Source: Verrucomicrobiota bacterium
Lineage (GTDB): Bacteria > Verrucomicrobiota > Kiritimatiellia > JAAZAB01
Length of the DNA stretch: 57,479 nt
Direction: 5' to 3'
NCBI GenBank assembly: GCA_043814705.1
Contig: JBDRJR010000038.1
Location: 1-57,479 of the forward strand
Shown here: positions 19,282 to 28,887 of the stretch, one piece after another
How the letters are laid out: the number at the start of each line of letters is the position of its first letter
How positions within the stretch are numbered: position 1 is the stretch's first letter
Made by a program: the position numbers and the translations under genes
The notes under the pieces: model-generated
Databases searched by the model: none
What the model saw: only the letters and a program-made list of their open reading frames with translations
Told to the model about the DNA's origin: nothing

Positions 19282-20196
19282 GTGAGTGTTCAACAAATAT
19301 TTTTCAACCTGCAGGTCGATTGTGAGTCCACCCAGCATGCTTTTGAAAATCCGGCCTTGGGGGAACGCGCCTTGCGCGGCTTACAACGCATTCTGGCGCA
19401 GACGGGCATGAAAGCGACGTTTGTGGTCATTCCCGGTGACATTGCTGTTCACGCGGCAATTTACCGCGAATTAGCCGCCGAAGGCCACGAAATTGGAGTG
19501 CATCTGCATCCGGCGGATATGGGCTATGACGAGTTTCTCGGCGTTTATGGGTTTGATGATCATTTGATCATGTTGCGCAAGGCGGCGGACATTTTTGCCC
19601 AGAATTTCGGGCGCCGCCCGGAGTGCTTTACCCCAGGTTATTGTTCGGCAAACGACTTCACTTTCCCGGCGCTGGAAAAGGTCGGATTCCGGCATGGCAT
19701 GGTCTCCATGCCGACCCGCAATCTGCCGCAATGCGCCTCTGTTTGGGGTTCATCGCCGTTGACACTGCATTATCCGCATCGCTATAATCATTGTCTCACC
19801 GGCGATGTTGATTTTGTGGATGTACCAATGACCGTGGATGTGGAATCGCGCATGTGGGGTGGGGCGCATCCGCAGGACCTGCGAATTGAGCTGGTAGATG
19901 CCAAAAATCACTGGTATACCATTCACAAAAACGTTGTGCGCCAGAAACAGGCTTTGGATGCCATTCCGGTCAAACACCTGAAGGCTTTGACCCATAATGT
20001 ATTTGATTACAGTGATGAGCACAATTTCCGGCGCGAAACACTTTTGGGCGTCATTGCCGCCGTGCGCCGGATTTGCGATGCACAGCAGTGCCGGCTGGTA
20101 CCGGCCACGACATCTGATCTGGCCGAAGCCTTTCGGCAAAAGGTTCCACTGCCGCGCGGCGGCGTCAAAATGAACCTGGATACGCGCGGACGGTGA
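19282..20196 (+). CDS. Polysaccharide deacetylase (NodB) family protein
   Basis: QVDCE, KATFVV, GHEIGVHLH, FTPG; start GTG 19282 or TTG 19264. Confidence 0.8.
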   Translation: MSVQQIFFNLQVDCESTQHAFENPALGERALRGLQRILAQTGMKATFVVIPGDIAVHAAIYRELAAEGHEIGVHLHPADMGYDEFLGVYGFDDHLIMLRKAADIFAQNFGRRPECFTPGYCSANDFTFPALEKVGFRHGMVSMPTRNLPQCASVWGSSPLTLHYPHRYNHCLTGDVDFVDVPMTVDVESRMWGGAHPQDLRIELVDAKNHWYTIHKNVVRQKQALDAIPVKHLKALTHNVFDYSDEHNFRRETLLGVIAAVRRICDAQQCRLVPATTSDLAEAFRQKVPLPRGGVKMNLDTRGR

Positions 20197-20210
20197 CGGA
20201 TCATTGTATC

Positions 20211-20900
20211 ATGCATAACTCATTTGCAGAACGATTAGCCGACGTGCGGCGGCGGATTACCGAAGCCTGCCGGCGGGCCGGGCGTAATCCGGAGGCAGTA
20301 CGTATTGCGGCCGTATCCAAGATGCACGGGCCGGAGTGCGTTTGCGAAGCGGCCGATGCCGGACTGATGGTTTTCGGCGAAAGCCGCGTGCAGGAAGCCC
20401 GGCAGAAAATCCCCTTGTGTCCGAGCGCCCTGACCTGGCATCTGATCGGTCATTTGCAAACGAATAAAGTCAAGGATGCGGTCAACCTGTTCCATTTGAT
20501 CCAGGCGGTGGATTCCTTGAAACTGCTCCTGGCCATTGAGGCCGCCGCCGAGGCGGCGGGGCGGGTCATGCCGGTTTTCCTGGAAGTCAATGTTTCCGGC
20601 GAAAGCAGTAAATTTGGACTTGCGCCTGAGGCCGTTCCAGGCATATTACAGGCGGCCAATGGTCTGCGGCGGGTGGAAATCCAGGGATTATTGACCATCC
20701 CGCCGCTGGCGGAAAATCCGGAACACGCGCGTCCATTTTTCCGCGCCCTGCGCGAGCATCGCGACCGCTGGCGGCGTGAAACCGGTTTTGAACTGCGCGA
20801 GTTGTCCATGGGCATGAGCCATGATTTTGAGGTTGCCGTGGAGGAAGGCGCCACGTGGGTTCGGTTGGGTACAATTTTATTTGGTAAAAGGAATACGTAA
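20211..20900 (+). CDS. yggS: PLP homeostasis protein YggS
   Basis: AVSK, FGESRVQE, WHLIGHLQTNK, LSMGMSHD, VRLGTILFG; lies upstream of proC. Confidence 0.96.
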   Translation: MHNSFAERLADVRRRITEACRRAGRNPEAVRIAAVSKMHGPECVCEAADAGLMVFGESRVQEARQKIPLCPSALTWHLIGHLQTNKVKDAVNLFHLIQAVDSLKLLLAIEAAAEAAGRVMPVFLEVNVSGESSKFGLAPEAVPGILQAANGLRRVEIQGLLTIPPLAENPEHARPFFRALREHRDRWRRETGFELRELSMGMSHDFEVAVEEGATWVRLGTILFGKRNT

Positions 20901-20949
20901 CTTACTTGTGAGGAGTCAGTCGCCGGTATTCGCGTGCCGACGGTAAAAA

Positions 20950-20977
20950 TGTCATTCCCGCGAAAGCGGGAATGACA
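20950..20977. repeat. dRS3/REP-like hairpin
   Basis: TGTCATTCCCGC-GAAA-GCGGGAATGACA perfect stem; relatives at 55851-55901 and 55961-56157. Confidence 0.7.
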
Positions 20978-21038
20978 ACCTCGTGATCATTTGCTTGCTA
21001 CTCTGCATTCTGAATGTTTGAATAGACAGGAATACATT

Positions 21039-21872
21039 ATGGATGCTGCGCTTTCACCGGAATTTAGCCTGGTTTTTATCGGGGCCGGCAATATGGCTGA
21101 CGCCCTGGTGCGCGGAATTATCCGGGCAAAGCTGTTGCCGCCAGGACGCCTGCGGGTGACGGACACGGAACGGCGTCGCCTGGATCATTTCCAGGCGGCT
21201 TTTGGCATCCAGGGGTTTGAACGTAATGTAGACGGTATCCGGGGGGCGCAGGTCGTGGTCCTGGCGGTTAAGCCGCAGGTCATGGTGGATGTCCTCAAGG
21301 ATATCGGTGCCGGACTCAATTCCGCAACACTGGTCGTCAGCATTGCGGCCGGCATTACCACGGGCTGGCTCGAACAGCGTTTGCCCAGGGGAACGCGGGT
21401 TGTGCGCGTAATGCCCAATATGCCGGCCCTTGCGGGGGCGGGCGTTTCGGTGTATTGTCCGGGTGCGCATGCATCCGGCGCGGATGCGCAAATGGTGGAA
21501 TCCCTGTTCCAATCGGTCGGCATAGTTGTGCGGCTGGATGAAAAACACTTGGATGCGGTAACCGCCTTGAGCGGAAGCGGCCCGGCTTATGTGTTTTTTC
21601 TGGCCGAATGCATGATGCAGGCGGGCTGTGCAATGGGACTTGACCGCGCCACGGCCAAAACGCTGACGCTGGGCACGATCCGCGGCGCGGCGCGTTTGCT
21701 GGAGGATGCCGCGGCAGAGCCCGGGGAATTACGGCAACGGGTCACGTCCAAGGGCGGCACCACGGCCGCGGCCCTGGAAACGCTCGAAAAGGGCCGCGTG
21801 CGTGAAATATTTGTAGAGGCCATCCGGGCGGCGCAGAAACGAGCGTGGGAATTGTCGCAGGGAAATGGTTAA
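21039..21872 (+). CDS. proC: Pyrroline-5-carboxylate reductase
   Basis: FIGAGNM, LAVKPQ, SIAAG, RVMPN, SGSGPAY, VTSKGGTT. Confidence 0.97.
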   Translation: MDAALSPEFSLVFIGAGNMADALVRGIIRAKLLPPGRLRVTDTERRRLDHFQAAFGIQGFERNVDGIRGAQVVVLAVKPQVMVDVLKDIGAGLNSATLVVSIAAGITTGWLEQRLPRGTRVVRVMPNMPALAGAGVSVYCPGAHASGADAQMVESLFQSVGIVVRLDEKHLDAVTALSGSGPAYVFFLAECMMQAGCAMGLDRATAKTLTLGTIRGAARLLEDAAAEPGELRQRVTSKGGTTAAALETLEKGRVREIFVEAIRAAQKRAWELSQGNG

Positions 21873-21896
21873 TGGCGAATGGCGCGACTGTCTAAT

Positions 21897-21955
21897 GTGG
21901 GAGGCGTGCTACGCACGGCGATGGCTTTGGTCGCGGCGCATAGCGCCCCTCCCAC
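21897..21955. repeat. REP-like hairpin (GTGGGAG class)
   Basis: GTGGGAGG...CCTCCCAC terminal inverted repeat downstream of proC. Confidence 0.55.
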
Positions 21956-21961
21956 CCAGGA

Positions 21962-22945
21962 ATGAAATCCCATAACATGAAAATGCAGATATCCATTCGT
22001 TTTGTCGGTTTAGGATTTGTGCTTTGGGCGCTGGGCGCATTGCCGGCGAGGGCGGAGCCGGACCAGGGCTTGACGGCGACAAATCAACTTGTCGTGACCG
22101 CGACGAATCAACCGGTACAGGCTGTGACCAATATTTCGGCCCCGGCCGTGACCAATCTTCCGGTCAAGGTTCCGGCCAATCGCCCGTCCCTGTGGTTTCC
22201 GGTCGGCGAGCAGATATTTTACAAAGTCCAGTGGGGCGTCTGGATCGTGGCCGAAACCAAGGTTGCCAGCGAGTATATCGAGGAAGACGGGCGCGAACTG
22301 CTGGCCATTCGCGTGACGACCCGCACCCGCAGTATCCTGGATGCATTTTATCCCGTGGATGATTTCATTGAAAGCGTAGTTGACCCGGCCACTTTTCTGC
22401 CGGTGCGGTTCACCAAGCGGCTCAGCGAGGGACGCTACCGTCTGCATGAAATCACGACCTTCGATCACAAGGCCCGCACGGCACACTGGCGGCACCTGCT
22501 GAAAAACGACAGCAAGGATTTTGCCATTGATGCGGATACGCGCGACCTGATCAGCTATATGTTTTACATGCGCTCGCAGAAGTTTGAGCCGGGCAAGCAT
22601 TATGAATTTCGCGTCATGGCGGATGAAAAACTTTACGATCTGCTGGTGGAGGCCCGCAATATTGAAATCTTGGATATCGGCAATTATGCTAAAATCCGCA
22701 CCTTGAAACTCGACCCCGAGGCCAAATTCCACGGCTTGTTCGTGCGGGTCGGCAAATTAGAAGTCTGGATTTCGGATGACGAGCGCTGTCTGTGTGTGCG
22801 CGCCACCGCCAAGGCGCCGGTGATTGGAACCATCCGGCTGTTAATTGACCGGGTCGAGGGCCCCGGCGATGATTACTGGACCCATCCGGGTAACACCAAT
22901 TACCCGCAAAAAGCGCGCGCACCCGTGGAGGGCCTGAAAAAGTGA
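21962..22945 (+). CDS. Exported DUF3108-like protein
   Basis: Signal peptide (PARA), Thr-Asn-rich linker, FPVGEQIFY, VWISDDER. Confidence 0.75.
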   Translation: MKSHNMKMQISIRFVGLGFVLWALGALPARAEPDQGLTATNQLVVTATNQPVQAVTNISAPAVTNLPVKVPANRPSLWFPVGEQIFYKVQWGVWIVAETKVASEYIEEDGRELLAIRVTTRTRSILDAFYPVDDFIESVVDPATFLPVRFTKRLSEGRYRLHEITTFDHKARTAHWRHLLKNDSKDFAIDADTRDLISYMFYMRSQKFEPGKHYEFRVMADEKLYDLLVEARNIEILDIGNYAKIRTLKLDPEAKFHGLFVRVGKLEVWISDDERCLCVRATAKAPVIGTIRLLIDRVEGPGDDYWTHPGNTNYPQKARAPVEGLKK

Positions 22946-24093
22946 AAAATGAAGCATCCCGCGGCAAGCCGCGGGGCAACCTACTCCGCCGTGGCAAAGC
23001 TTCTGTCTGCGAAGGCCGGAAGCCACAGGGTTTCCTGGCGAAGCAGGGTGACATTCAATGGGCGTGTTCGCTGGTGGCGCGTTTTGCGCGGCAGAAAATA
23101 ATGGTTGTCGGCGACATGATGCTGGATCGCTATATTTACGGCACGGCAACCCGCATTTCACCCGAGGCGCCGGTGCCGGTCGTGCAGGTGGATCACGTAA
23201 AAAACATGCCCGGCGGCGCCGCCAATGTGGCGCGTAATGTTTGCGCATTGGGTGGATGTGTATATATGCGCGGCGTAGTGGGGCGCGATGCGGCCGGCAA
23301 TGATTTGTTACAGATCCTGAAAGCGGATCACGTTGGCACGCGCGGGATACTGCGTTGTGCCGGTCTGCGCACAATCGTTAAAACACGCATTCTGGCCGAG
23401 CGTCAACAGGTTGTGCGGGTGGATTGGGAGGATCGGCTCCTCCTGCCGGCCAGGGTGCGGGGCACTTTCTGCGCCGGGTTATCAACGGCCATGCGCGGCA
23501 TGTCGGGCGTGATCATCGCGGATTATGCCAAGGGCGCCGTCGGGCAGGATGTCGTGAATGCCGTCATGCGCTCGGCGCGGTCCAACGCCATTCCCGTGGC
23601 GCTGGATCCCAAGGAAAATGATGATCTGCAACTGCCGGGACTGACCGTGGCAACCCCGAATCGCAAGGAAGCCTTCGCGCTGGCCCGCCTGCCGGAACAG
23701 CCGCCGTGCGCCGATCCCTTAAAGGATCAGCCCTTGTTGCGGGTGGCCGCCGTTTTGTTGAATAAATGGAAGCCGGCGTTCCTGCTGATTACGCTGGGCG
23801 GGCAGGGGATGTTGCTGGTGTCACGCAATCGTCCGCCACGCCACGTGGCCGCCGTGGCGCGCGAAGTGTTTGACGTGAGCGGCGCCGGTGATACTGTAAT
23901 TGCCGCCTTGCTGTTGGCGCTTTCCGCCGGTGCCGATTACGAAACGGCCGCCGAAATGGCCAATTGTGCGGCCGGAGTTGTGGTCGGCAAATTAGGCACA
24001 GCTACCTGTACCGGGCGGGAACTGCTGGATTACTTAAACATCCTGCCGATGCGGCATGGTTTGCAAAATTGTCAAGGAACTGAAAGAGAATGA
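22942..24093 (+). CDS. rfaE1: D-glycero-beta-D-manno-heptose-7-phosphate kinase (RfaE domain I, PfkB family)
   Basis: VVGDMMLDRY, RISPEAPVPV, GGAANVA, DYAKG, DVSGAGDTV; N-terminal ~35 aa are repeat-derived. Confidence 0.92.
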   Translation: MKNEASRGKPRGNLLRRGKASVCEGRKPQGFLAKQGDIQWACSLVARFARQKIMVVGDMMLDRYIYGTATRISPEAPVPVVQVDHVKNMPGGAANVARNVCALGGCVYMRGVVGRDAAGNDLLQILKADHVGTRGILRCAGLRTIVKTRILAERQQVVRVDWEDRLLLPARVRGTFCAGLSTAMRGMSGVIIADYAKGAVGQDVVNAVMRSARSNAIPVALDPKENDDLQLPGLTVATPNRKEAFALARLPEQPPCADPLKDQPLLRVAAVLLNKWKPAFLLITLGGQGMLLVSRNRPPRHVAAVAREVFDVSGAGDTVIAALLLALSAGADYETAAEMANCAAGVVVGKLGTATCTGRELLDYLNILPMRHGLQNCQGTERE

Positions 24094-25421
24094 AAAACAA
24101 AGTGCTTGGCGATACCAGAATGAATGTGTTGGACCTTCCCGATGTCTGCGGCGATGGCGTGCATGATGATACAGTGGGATTACAGGCGGCGCTGGACAGC
24201 AACGCCGGGGTTATTCGCCTGCCAACGCCGCCATTGCATTACCTCATCAGCCGGACTCTTGTCATGCATTCTGGACAGGCGTTGCTGGCCGACCGTAATG
24301 CCGTCATCCGTTTGGCTGATCATGCCCATGCCCACATGCTGACCAACGCCGATCACGGCACACTCAACCGGGGGATCACCGTGCGTGGCGGCATCTGGGA
24401 CGGGAACAATACGCACCAGACCTGTGAGTATCACGAGACGCGCAACTGCCTCGTGCCGTACAACCCGGCGCGCTATCTCGGCGTATTGCTACAATTCAAC
24501 AACGTCGAGGACCTGCACATCTCGGGCCTGACCCTGAAGAACCCCGAGACCTTCGGCATCCAAATGGGTAACATCCGGCGCTTTACGGTCGAGGATATCA
24601 CCTTCGACTACAACAAGTTGCGCGACTGCATGGACGGTGTGCATTTGCATGGCAACTGCCACCAGGGACGTATCGCTAACCTCAAGGGCGACACGAACGA
24701 CGACATGGTGGCACTCAATGCTGATGATGGTTTAATGTATGAGATGAGCCGTGGTCCGATCACCGATATTCAAGTTGATGGTCTTTGGTGTGACCGGGGA
24801 TACACCGCCGTGCGCATGCTTTCGGATGGTTCGCCGATCCGGCGGGTGCGAATCTCCAACGTGTTCGGCGCCTTCAGTCGCTACGTTACCGACATGGGCC
24901 CATACAACGTCCATCCGGGCGAGCCGAGCGAGATCAGCGACATCGTCTTCGACGGCATTTTCTGCGCCAAGAACCTGTCCCTGGACCCCGCTCTGTTGGA
25001 ATACATCCGTCGCCTGCCACTATTCCGGATCAATCCGAAGACCTTGATCCGGAACTTGCACATCAACAACTTTATCCGGACCGAGACCGCCGAAAATGTC
25101 GCGCCCTGCGTGTTTGTCGGCGAGGGAGCGCGAGTCGAGCACTTGGGCATTTCCCAGGCCAGTGTCGTCAACCTGGCCGCCTCGCCCCTGGATTTCCTGC
25201 ATAACCAGGGCAGCATTGAGAGTCTGAGTCTGGATAACGTGCATTGCCGTGCCGCGGGCGGTGCGCCGCGTGGCATGCTGGTGCGTAATGACGGAAGCAT
25301 TGCGTTCCAGCAGTTCAGCAATATAACGGTGCATAACCTTGCCGGCTCTGTTGGTGACGGTTCACTGCGAGCGGACCCGACGGTGGCGAAAGTGGCGGGA
25401 AAAGAACAGGCGATGCACTGA
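24090..25421 (+). CDS. Pectin-lyase-like beta-helix protein (GH28-like)
   Basis: GDGVHDDT, MDGVH and NDDMVAL motifs; Asn-ladder repeats; no signal peptide. Confidence 0.7.
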   Translation: MKNKVLGDTRMNVLDLPDVCGDGVHDDTVGLQAALDSNAGVIRLPTPPLHYLISRTLVMHSGQALLADRNAVIRLADHAHAHMLTNADHGTLNRGITVRGGIWDGNNTHQTCEYHETRNCLVPYNPARYLGVLLQFNNVEDLHISGLTLKNPETFGIQMGNIRRFTVEDITFDYNKLRDCMDGVHLHGNCHQGRIANLKGDTNDDMVALNADDGLMYEMSRGPITDIQVDGLWCDRGYTAVRMLSDGSPIRRVRISNVFGAFSRYVTDMGPYNVHPGEPSEISDIVFDGIFCAKNLSLDPALLEYIRRLPLFRINPKTLIRNLHINNFIRTETAENVAPCVFVGEGARVEHLGISQASVVNLAASPLDFLHNQGSIESLSLDNVHCRAAGGAPRGMLVRNDGSIAFQQFSNITVHNLAGSVGDGSLRADPTVAKVAGKEQAMH

Positions 25422-25472
25422 GCAGGCGCGCAGTCTTATCGAGCGCTAATTGCGGGTTAATGGAGGAGATTT

Positions 25473-25631
25473 ATGAATCGTTTTATCTGTAATGTCTGCG
25501 GTTACGTCTACGATCCCAAACTGGGTGATCCGGAACACGGCGTCCAGCCCGGAACGCCCTTTGACAAAGTGCCCGATGACTGGGTTTGCCCGGAATGCGG
25601 CGTCGGCAAGGAACAGTTTTCGCCGGAATAA
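25473..25631 (+). CDS. Rubredoxin (52 aa, absent from the ORF track)
   Basis: Translated by hand: [15 protein letters not shown]...[19 protein letters not shown]; RBS GGAGGAG. Confidence 0.96.
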   Translation: MNRFICNVCGYVYDPKLGDPEHGVQPGTPFDKVPDDWVCPECGVGKEQFSPE

Positions 25632-25690
25632 GTAATGGCATAAATCAACAATTACACTGCGGGCGATAGCCCGCCACACAGGAGGATTCC

Positions 25691-26263
25691 ATGGAATTCA
25701 AGGGCAGTCAGACGGAACGGAATGTTTTGACGGCGTTTGCGGGCGAATCCCAGGCACGCAATCGTTACTCGTATTTTGCCGGCCAGGCGCGCCGGGATGG
25801 GTTTATCCAGATTGCCGATGTGTTCGAGGAAACCGCCAACCAGGAACGCGAACACGCCCATCGGTTTTTTAAACTTCTCCAGGGCGGGGTGGTGAAAATT
25901 GAAGGTTCATTCCCGGCGGGCGTGGTGGGCACGACTTTGCAGAACTTGAAGGCCGCCGCAGGCGGCGAACATGAGGAGTGGTCGGAAATGTATCCGGGCT
26001 TTGCCAAGATCGCCCGCGCGGAAGGTCTTGGGCCGATTGCGAAAGTGTTCGAGGCCGTGGCGGTGGCGGAACGCCAGCACGAAAAGCGCTACCTGGGCTT
26101 TGCGGCCAATGTTGAAGCGGGTACGGTCTTTAAGAAAGACAAGGAAATCATGTGGCGTTGCCGCAATTGCGGTTATCTGCACAAGGGCAAAGAAGCGCCC
26201 GAGACCTGCCCGGCCTGCGCCCATCCCCAGGCCCATTTCGAACTGCTGGCGGAGAACTGGTAA
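25691..26263 (+). CDS. rbr: Rubrerythrin
   Basis: AFAGESQARNRY, EREHA and ERQHE diiron motifs; C-terminal CRNC/CPAC. Confidence 0.96.
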   Translation: MEFKGSQTERNVLTAFAGESQARNRYSYFAGQARRDGFIQIADVFEETANQEREHAHRFFKLLQGGVVKIEGSFPAGVVGTTLQNLKAAAGGEHEEWSEMYPGFAKIARAEGLGPIAKVFEAVAVAERQHEKRYLGFAANVEAGTVFKKDKEIMWRCRNCGYLHKGKEAPETCPACAHPQAHFELLAENW

Positions 26264-26318
26264 GCGAACAGGTTAACAAAGGCCCAGCAAAAACAGTAAC
26301 CATTAAATTTCAAAGTTT

Positions 26319-26389
26319 GCCACAAAGAGGCACAAGAGGCACAAAAAAGATTTTTATCTGTTTATTTGCTTTTTATGCTTTTTTGTGGC
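26319..26389. repeat. Inverted 9-10-mer arms (GCCACAAAGAGGCACAAGAGGCACAAAA / TTTTATGCTTTTTTGTGGC)
   Basis: Direct reading; downstream of rbr. Confidence 0.6.
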
Positions 26390-26415
26390 TAATCATTATT
26401 ACAGTAGTCAGCCCA

Positions 26416-26437
26416 AGCATCCCATGGGATGCTAATG
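26416..26437. repeat. Solo MITE-end palindrome
   Basis: AGCATCCCATGGGATGCT-AATG, matching the MITE terminal hairpin. Confidence 0.7.
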
Positions 26438-26451
26438 TATAATAATAATGA

Positions 26452-26640
26452 CACTGGCGTCCCACAGGGACGCCATGGGCTGTGGACTGTAGGCTGTGGG
26501 TCGGAACAGAATAAACACAGATGGAAAAAACCGGAACTGCGGTTTTGATAATGGTCCTTCATAGCCCTCGGTTTTATTGGGGTTTTCCCACAGTCAATAG
26601 CCCACAGCCCTCAGCCAAAGCATCCTATGGGATGCTACTG
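26452..26640 (-). mobile_element. MITE-like repeat, copy 2 (189 bp)
   Basis: Reverse complement of 55086-55281 lacking one 7-mer unit; no target-site duplication seen. Confidence 0.85.
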
Positions 26641-26688
26641 AAAGCAAAATATACAGAACCTGAAATGTTTCTGCATTCTGCATTGGAT

Positions 26689-27780
26689 TTATCCGCCCAG
26701 GATGCGGCGGCCTTCGTCAAGGAAGATACCCTGCAGATTCATCTTAAGTTGTTCGGGACTGGGCGAGCAGGCCAAAGCATTTTTTTCGGTGACGATCCCG
26801 CTCGTGACCATCTTAAGTAAAGCCTGGTTGAAGGTTTGCATGCCGTCTTCCGTGCCGGTCTCGATGGCCGCCTGCAGAACATCCAGCTTGTTTTCCGCAA
26901 TCAGCTTGTGCACGGTGGGCGTGTTGACCATGATCTCCACGGCCGCCATTACTCCGTCTTGCCGGACCGGCACCAGCCGCTGGCACAGCACGGCCGCCAG
27001 ATTGCCGGCGAGCGTCATGCGGACCTGATCGCGCTCGCTGTTGGGAAAGAAATCAAGGATCCGGTGCACCGACTGGGCCGCCGTATTGACATGCAGGGTC
27101 GTGAGTACCAGGTGGCCGGTCTCTGCCGCACTGAGCGCTACAGCGAGACTATGCGAATCACGCATTTCGCCGATCATGATCACGTCGGGATCCTGCCGCA
27201 GAACATATTTGAGCGCCGAATGGAACGACGGCGTATCCAGTCCCACTTCGCGCTGGGTTATGACCGACTGCATATCCGTGAAAATATATTCCAGCGGGTC
27301 TTCCACGGTAATGATCCGACAGCGCTGATGGCGGTTAACACAGTCAAGCAAGGCCGCCAGCGTGGTGGACTTGCCCGAGCTCGTGGCGCCGGCCAGCATA
27401 ATGATGCCGCTGTCCTTCAAGGCCAGGCTCTCCAGGATGGGCGGCAGGTGCAGTTCCTCGATGGTGGGGATACGGGTTTTTACGTAGCGGAAAGCCAGGG
27501 TCGGAATATGGCGCGACATGAATACATTTACCCGGAAGCGGCCCACTTCCTCCTCATAATGCGAAAAATCCATTTCCAGGTCGGGTTCCGGCTTGTTTTT
27601 AAGATGCGCCGGCAGGATATCCTGGACAATGCGCTTAAGGTCGTCGGCGCTGAGCTTAGGCAAGCCGCTTTCCAAAAGGACGCCGCGCACCCGGAAGAAC
27701 GGTTGGGCATCGGCCTTCAGATGCACATCGGAAGCATCCGTGGCTACAGCTTTGGCTAAAATGTCATGGGCTATGGACAT
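26689..27780 (-). CDS. PilT/PilU family type IV pilus retraction ATPase
   Basis: ASDVHLK, GATSSGKSTT, TVEDPLE, LRQDPDVIMIGEMRD, ETGHLV, GMQTF; lacks the AIRNLIRE motif. Confidence 0.92.
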   Translation of the reverse strand: MSIAHDILAKAVATDASDVHLKADAQPFFRVRGVLLESGLPKLSADDLKRIVQDILPAHLKNKPEPDLEMDFSHYEEEVGRFRVNVFMSRHIPTLAFRYVKTRIPTIEELHLPPILESLALKDSGIIMLAGATSSGKSTTLAALLDCVNRHQRCRIITVEDPLEYIFTDMQSVITQREVGLDTPSFHSALKYVLRQDPDVIMIGEMRDSHSLAVALSAAETGHLVLTTLHVNTAAQSVHRILDFFPNSERDQVRMTLAGNLAAVLCQRLVPVRQDGVMAAVEIMVNTPTVHKLIAENKLDVLQAAIETGTEDGMQTFNQALLKMVTSGIVTEKNALACSPSPEQLKMNLQGIFLDEGRRILGG

Positions 27781-27788
27781 GATCTTAA

Positions 27789-27937
27789 ATTGCGGATTGC
27801 GGATTTTTGATTTCGGATTGATCCCAAGTTAGGCCGCCAAAAGCGGCAACTATAATACTGAATTCCCGACTCATGCTACGTAGCGAAGACGCTTTACTTC
27901 GCATCAAATCGGCAATCAGCAATCCCAAATCAGCAAT
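27789..27937. repeat. Cassette bracketed by inverted 7-mer arrays
   Basis: ATTGCGG/ATTTCGG-type units at 27789-27820 versus AATCAGC/AATCGGC-type units at 27905-27937. Confidence 0.75.
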
Positions 27938-27942
27938 GCTTA

Positions 27943-28866
27943 TTAGCCCGGTTCCTGCCGGACGGTGATGTATTGGGATGGTCCCATGCCGAACAGCCGA
28001 TAGGTTCCGCCGAACTGTTCCAGAAAATGCACGGAATAACTGCGCCAGAACACGAATAAGGGCAGGAGGATAACTGTTCCCAGATAGGGAATCAATACCG
28101 TGCAGCACAGCAGACAGCAGGTCAGCATCACCACGCTGGAAATTACCAGTGTCAAAACGAAGCGAAATAAAAGATACAATCCAAACATGCCGACATGGGC
28201 CTTGAAAAGGTCAAAAAACACTTTCCATGCGGTCATCACGTGGCAGGCGCGCAAGATCATGAGCGGAACGACAAAATCATTCAAAAACACCTGCAGGCAT
28301 CCAAGGACAAAAATATAGCTCATCAAAAACAGTGCGCCCAGCAGGATTGCGCTCAGGGCATTGATCCCGAAATTGTGCCGCCCAATGTCCGGCCAGGCCA
28401 CGAACAGGAGCAGAAGGCTGATAGTTGCCAGGACAGCCAGCGCGGCGATGCCGAAACAGATGGAAAACAAAAACAGTGAATTGCCCTGACTACGGAAACG
28501 GCGCCAGGGGGCTTGGATTTCCGCGCGGTTATTGAGCACGTTGTCCAGGAACATGAATTTACCACGGCAACTGGTCCAGGCTATAACCAGCGTGACCGCC
28601 AGGATCACGATTGCCATTCCGATCCCCGCCGAAATTATAAGGGCCAGGTGAGCCTGCATCCAGGTCAGTGCCTTTTGACCGGCAGGCGAATTAAACGTAT
28701 TGCTCGGCGCCAGGTTAAAGTTGGGCGCATAGCCTTCGGTCAGCGACGCCAGCCACGCCGTAAAGCCAAGCCCCAGCCATTTGATCAAATTAAACGGGGA
28801 AAACAATACCTGCCGGACCGTGCCCAGCGCTTTGCCGACAGGTTCAACAACGGAAATATGTGCCAT
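27943..28866 (-). CDS. Hypothetical integral membrane protein
   Basis: Several hydrophobic helices; CCLLCC near the C-terminus. Confidence 0.75.
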   Translation of the reverse strand: MAHISVVEPVGKALGTVRQVLFSPFNLIKWLGLGFTAWLASLTEGYAPNFNLAPSNTFNSPAGQKALTWMQAHLALIISAGIGMAIVILAVTLVIAWTSCRGKFMFLDNVLNNRAEIQAPWRRFRSQGNSLFLFSICFGIAALAVLATISLLLLFVAWPDIGRHNFGINALSAILLGALFLMSYIFVLGCLQVFLNDFVVPLMILRACHVMTAWKVFFDLFKAHVGMFGLYLLFRFVLTLVISSVVMLTCCLLCCTVLIPYLGTVILLPLFVFWRSYSVHFLEQFGGTYRLFGMGPSQYITVRQEPG

Positions 28867-28887
28867 GGTAGCCCCCATGTATGAAAT

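Noticed and set aside
26521-26820. 99-aa ORF starting inside MITE copy 2 (and 55208-55711 in copy 3)
   Set aside because: Derived from repeat sequence, overlaps real genes, and has no transposase motifs
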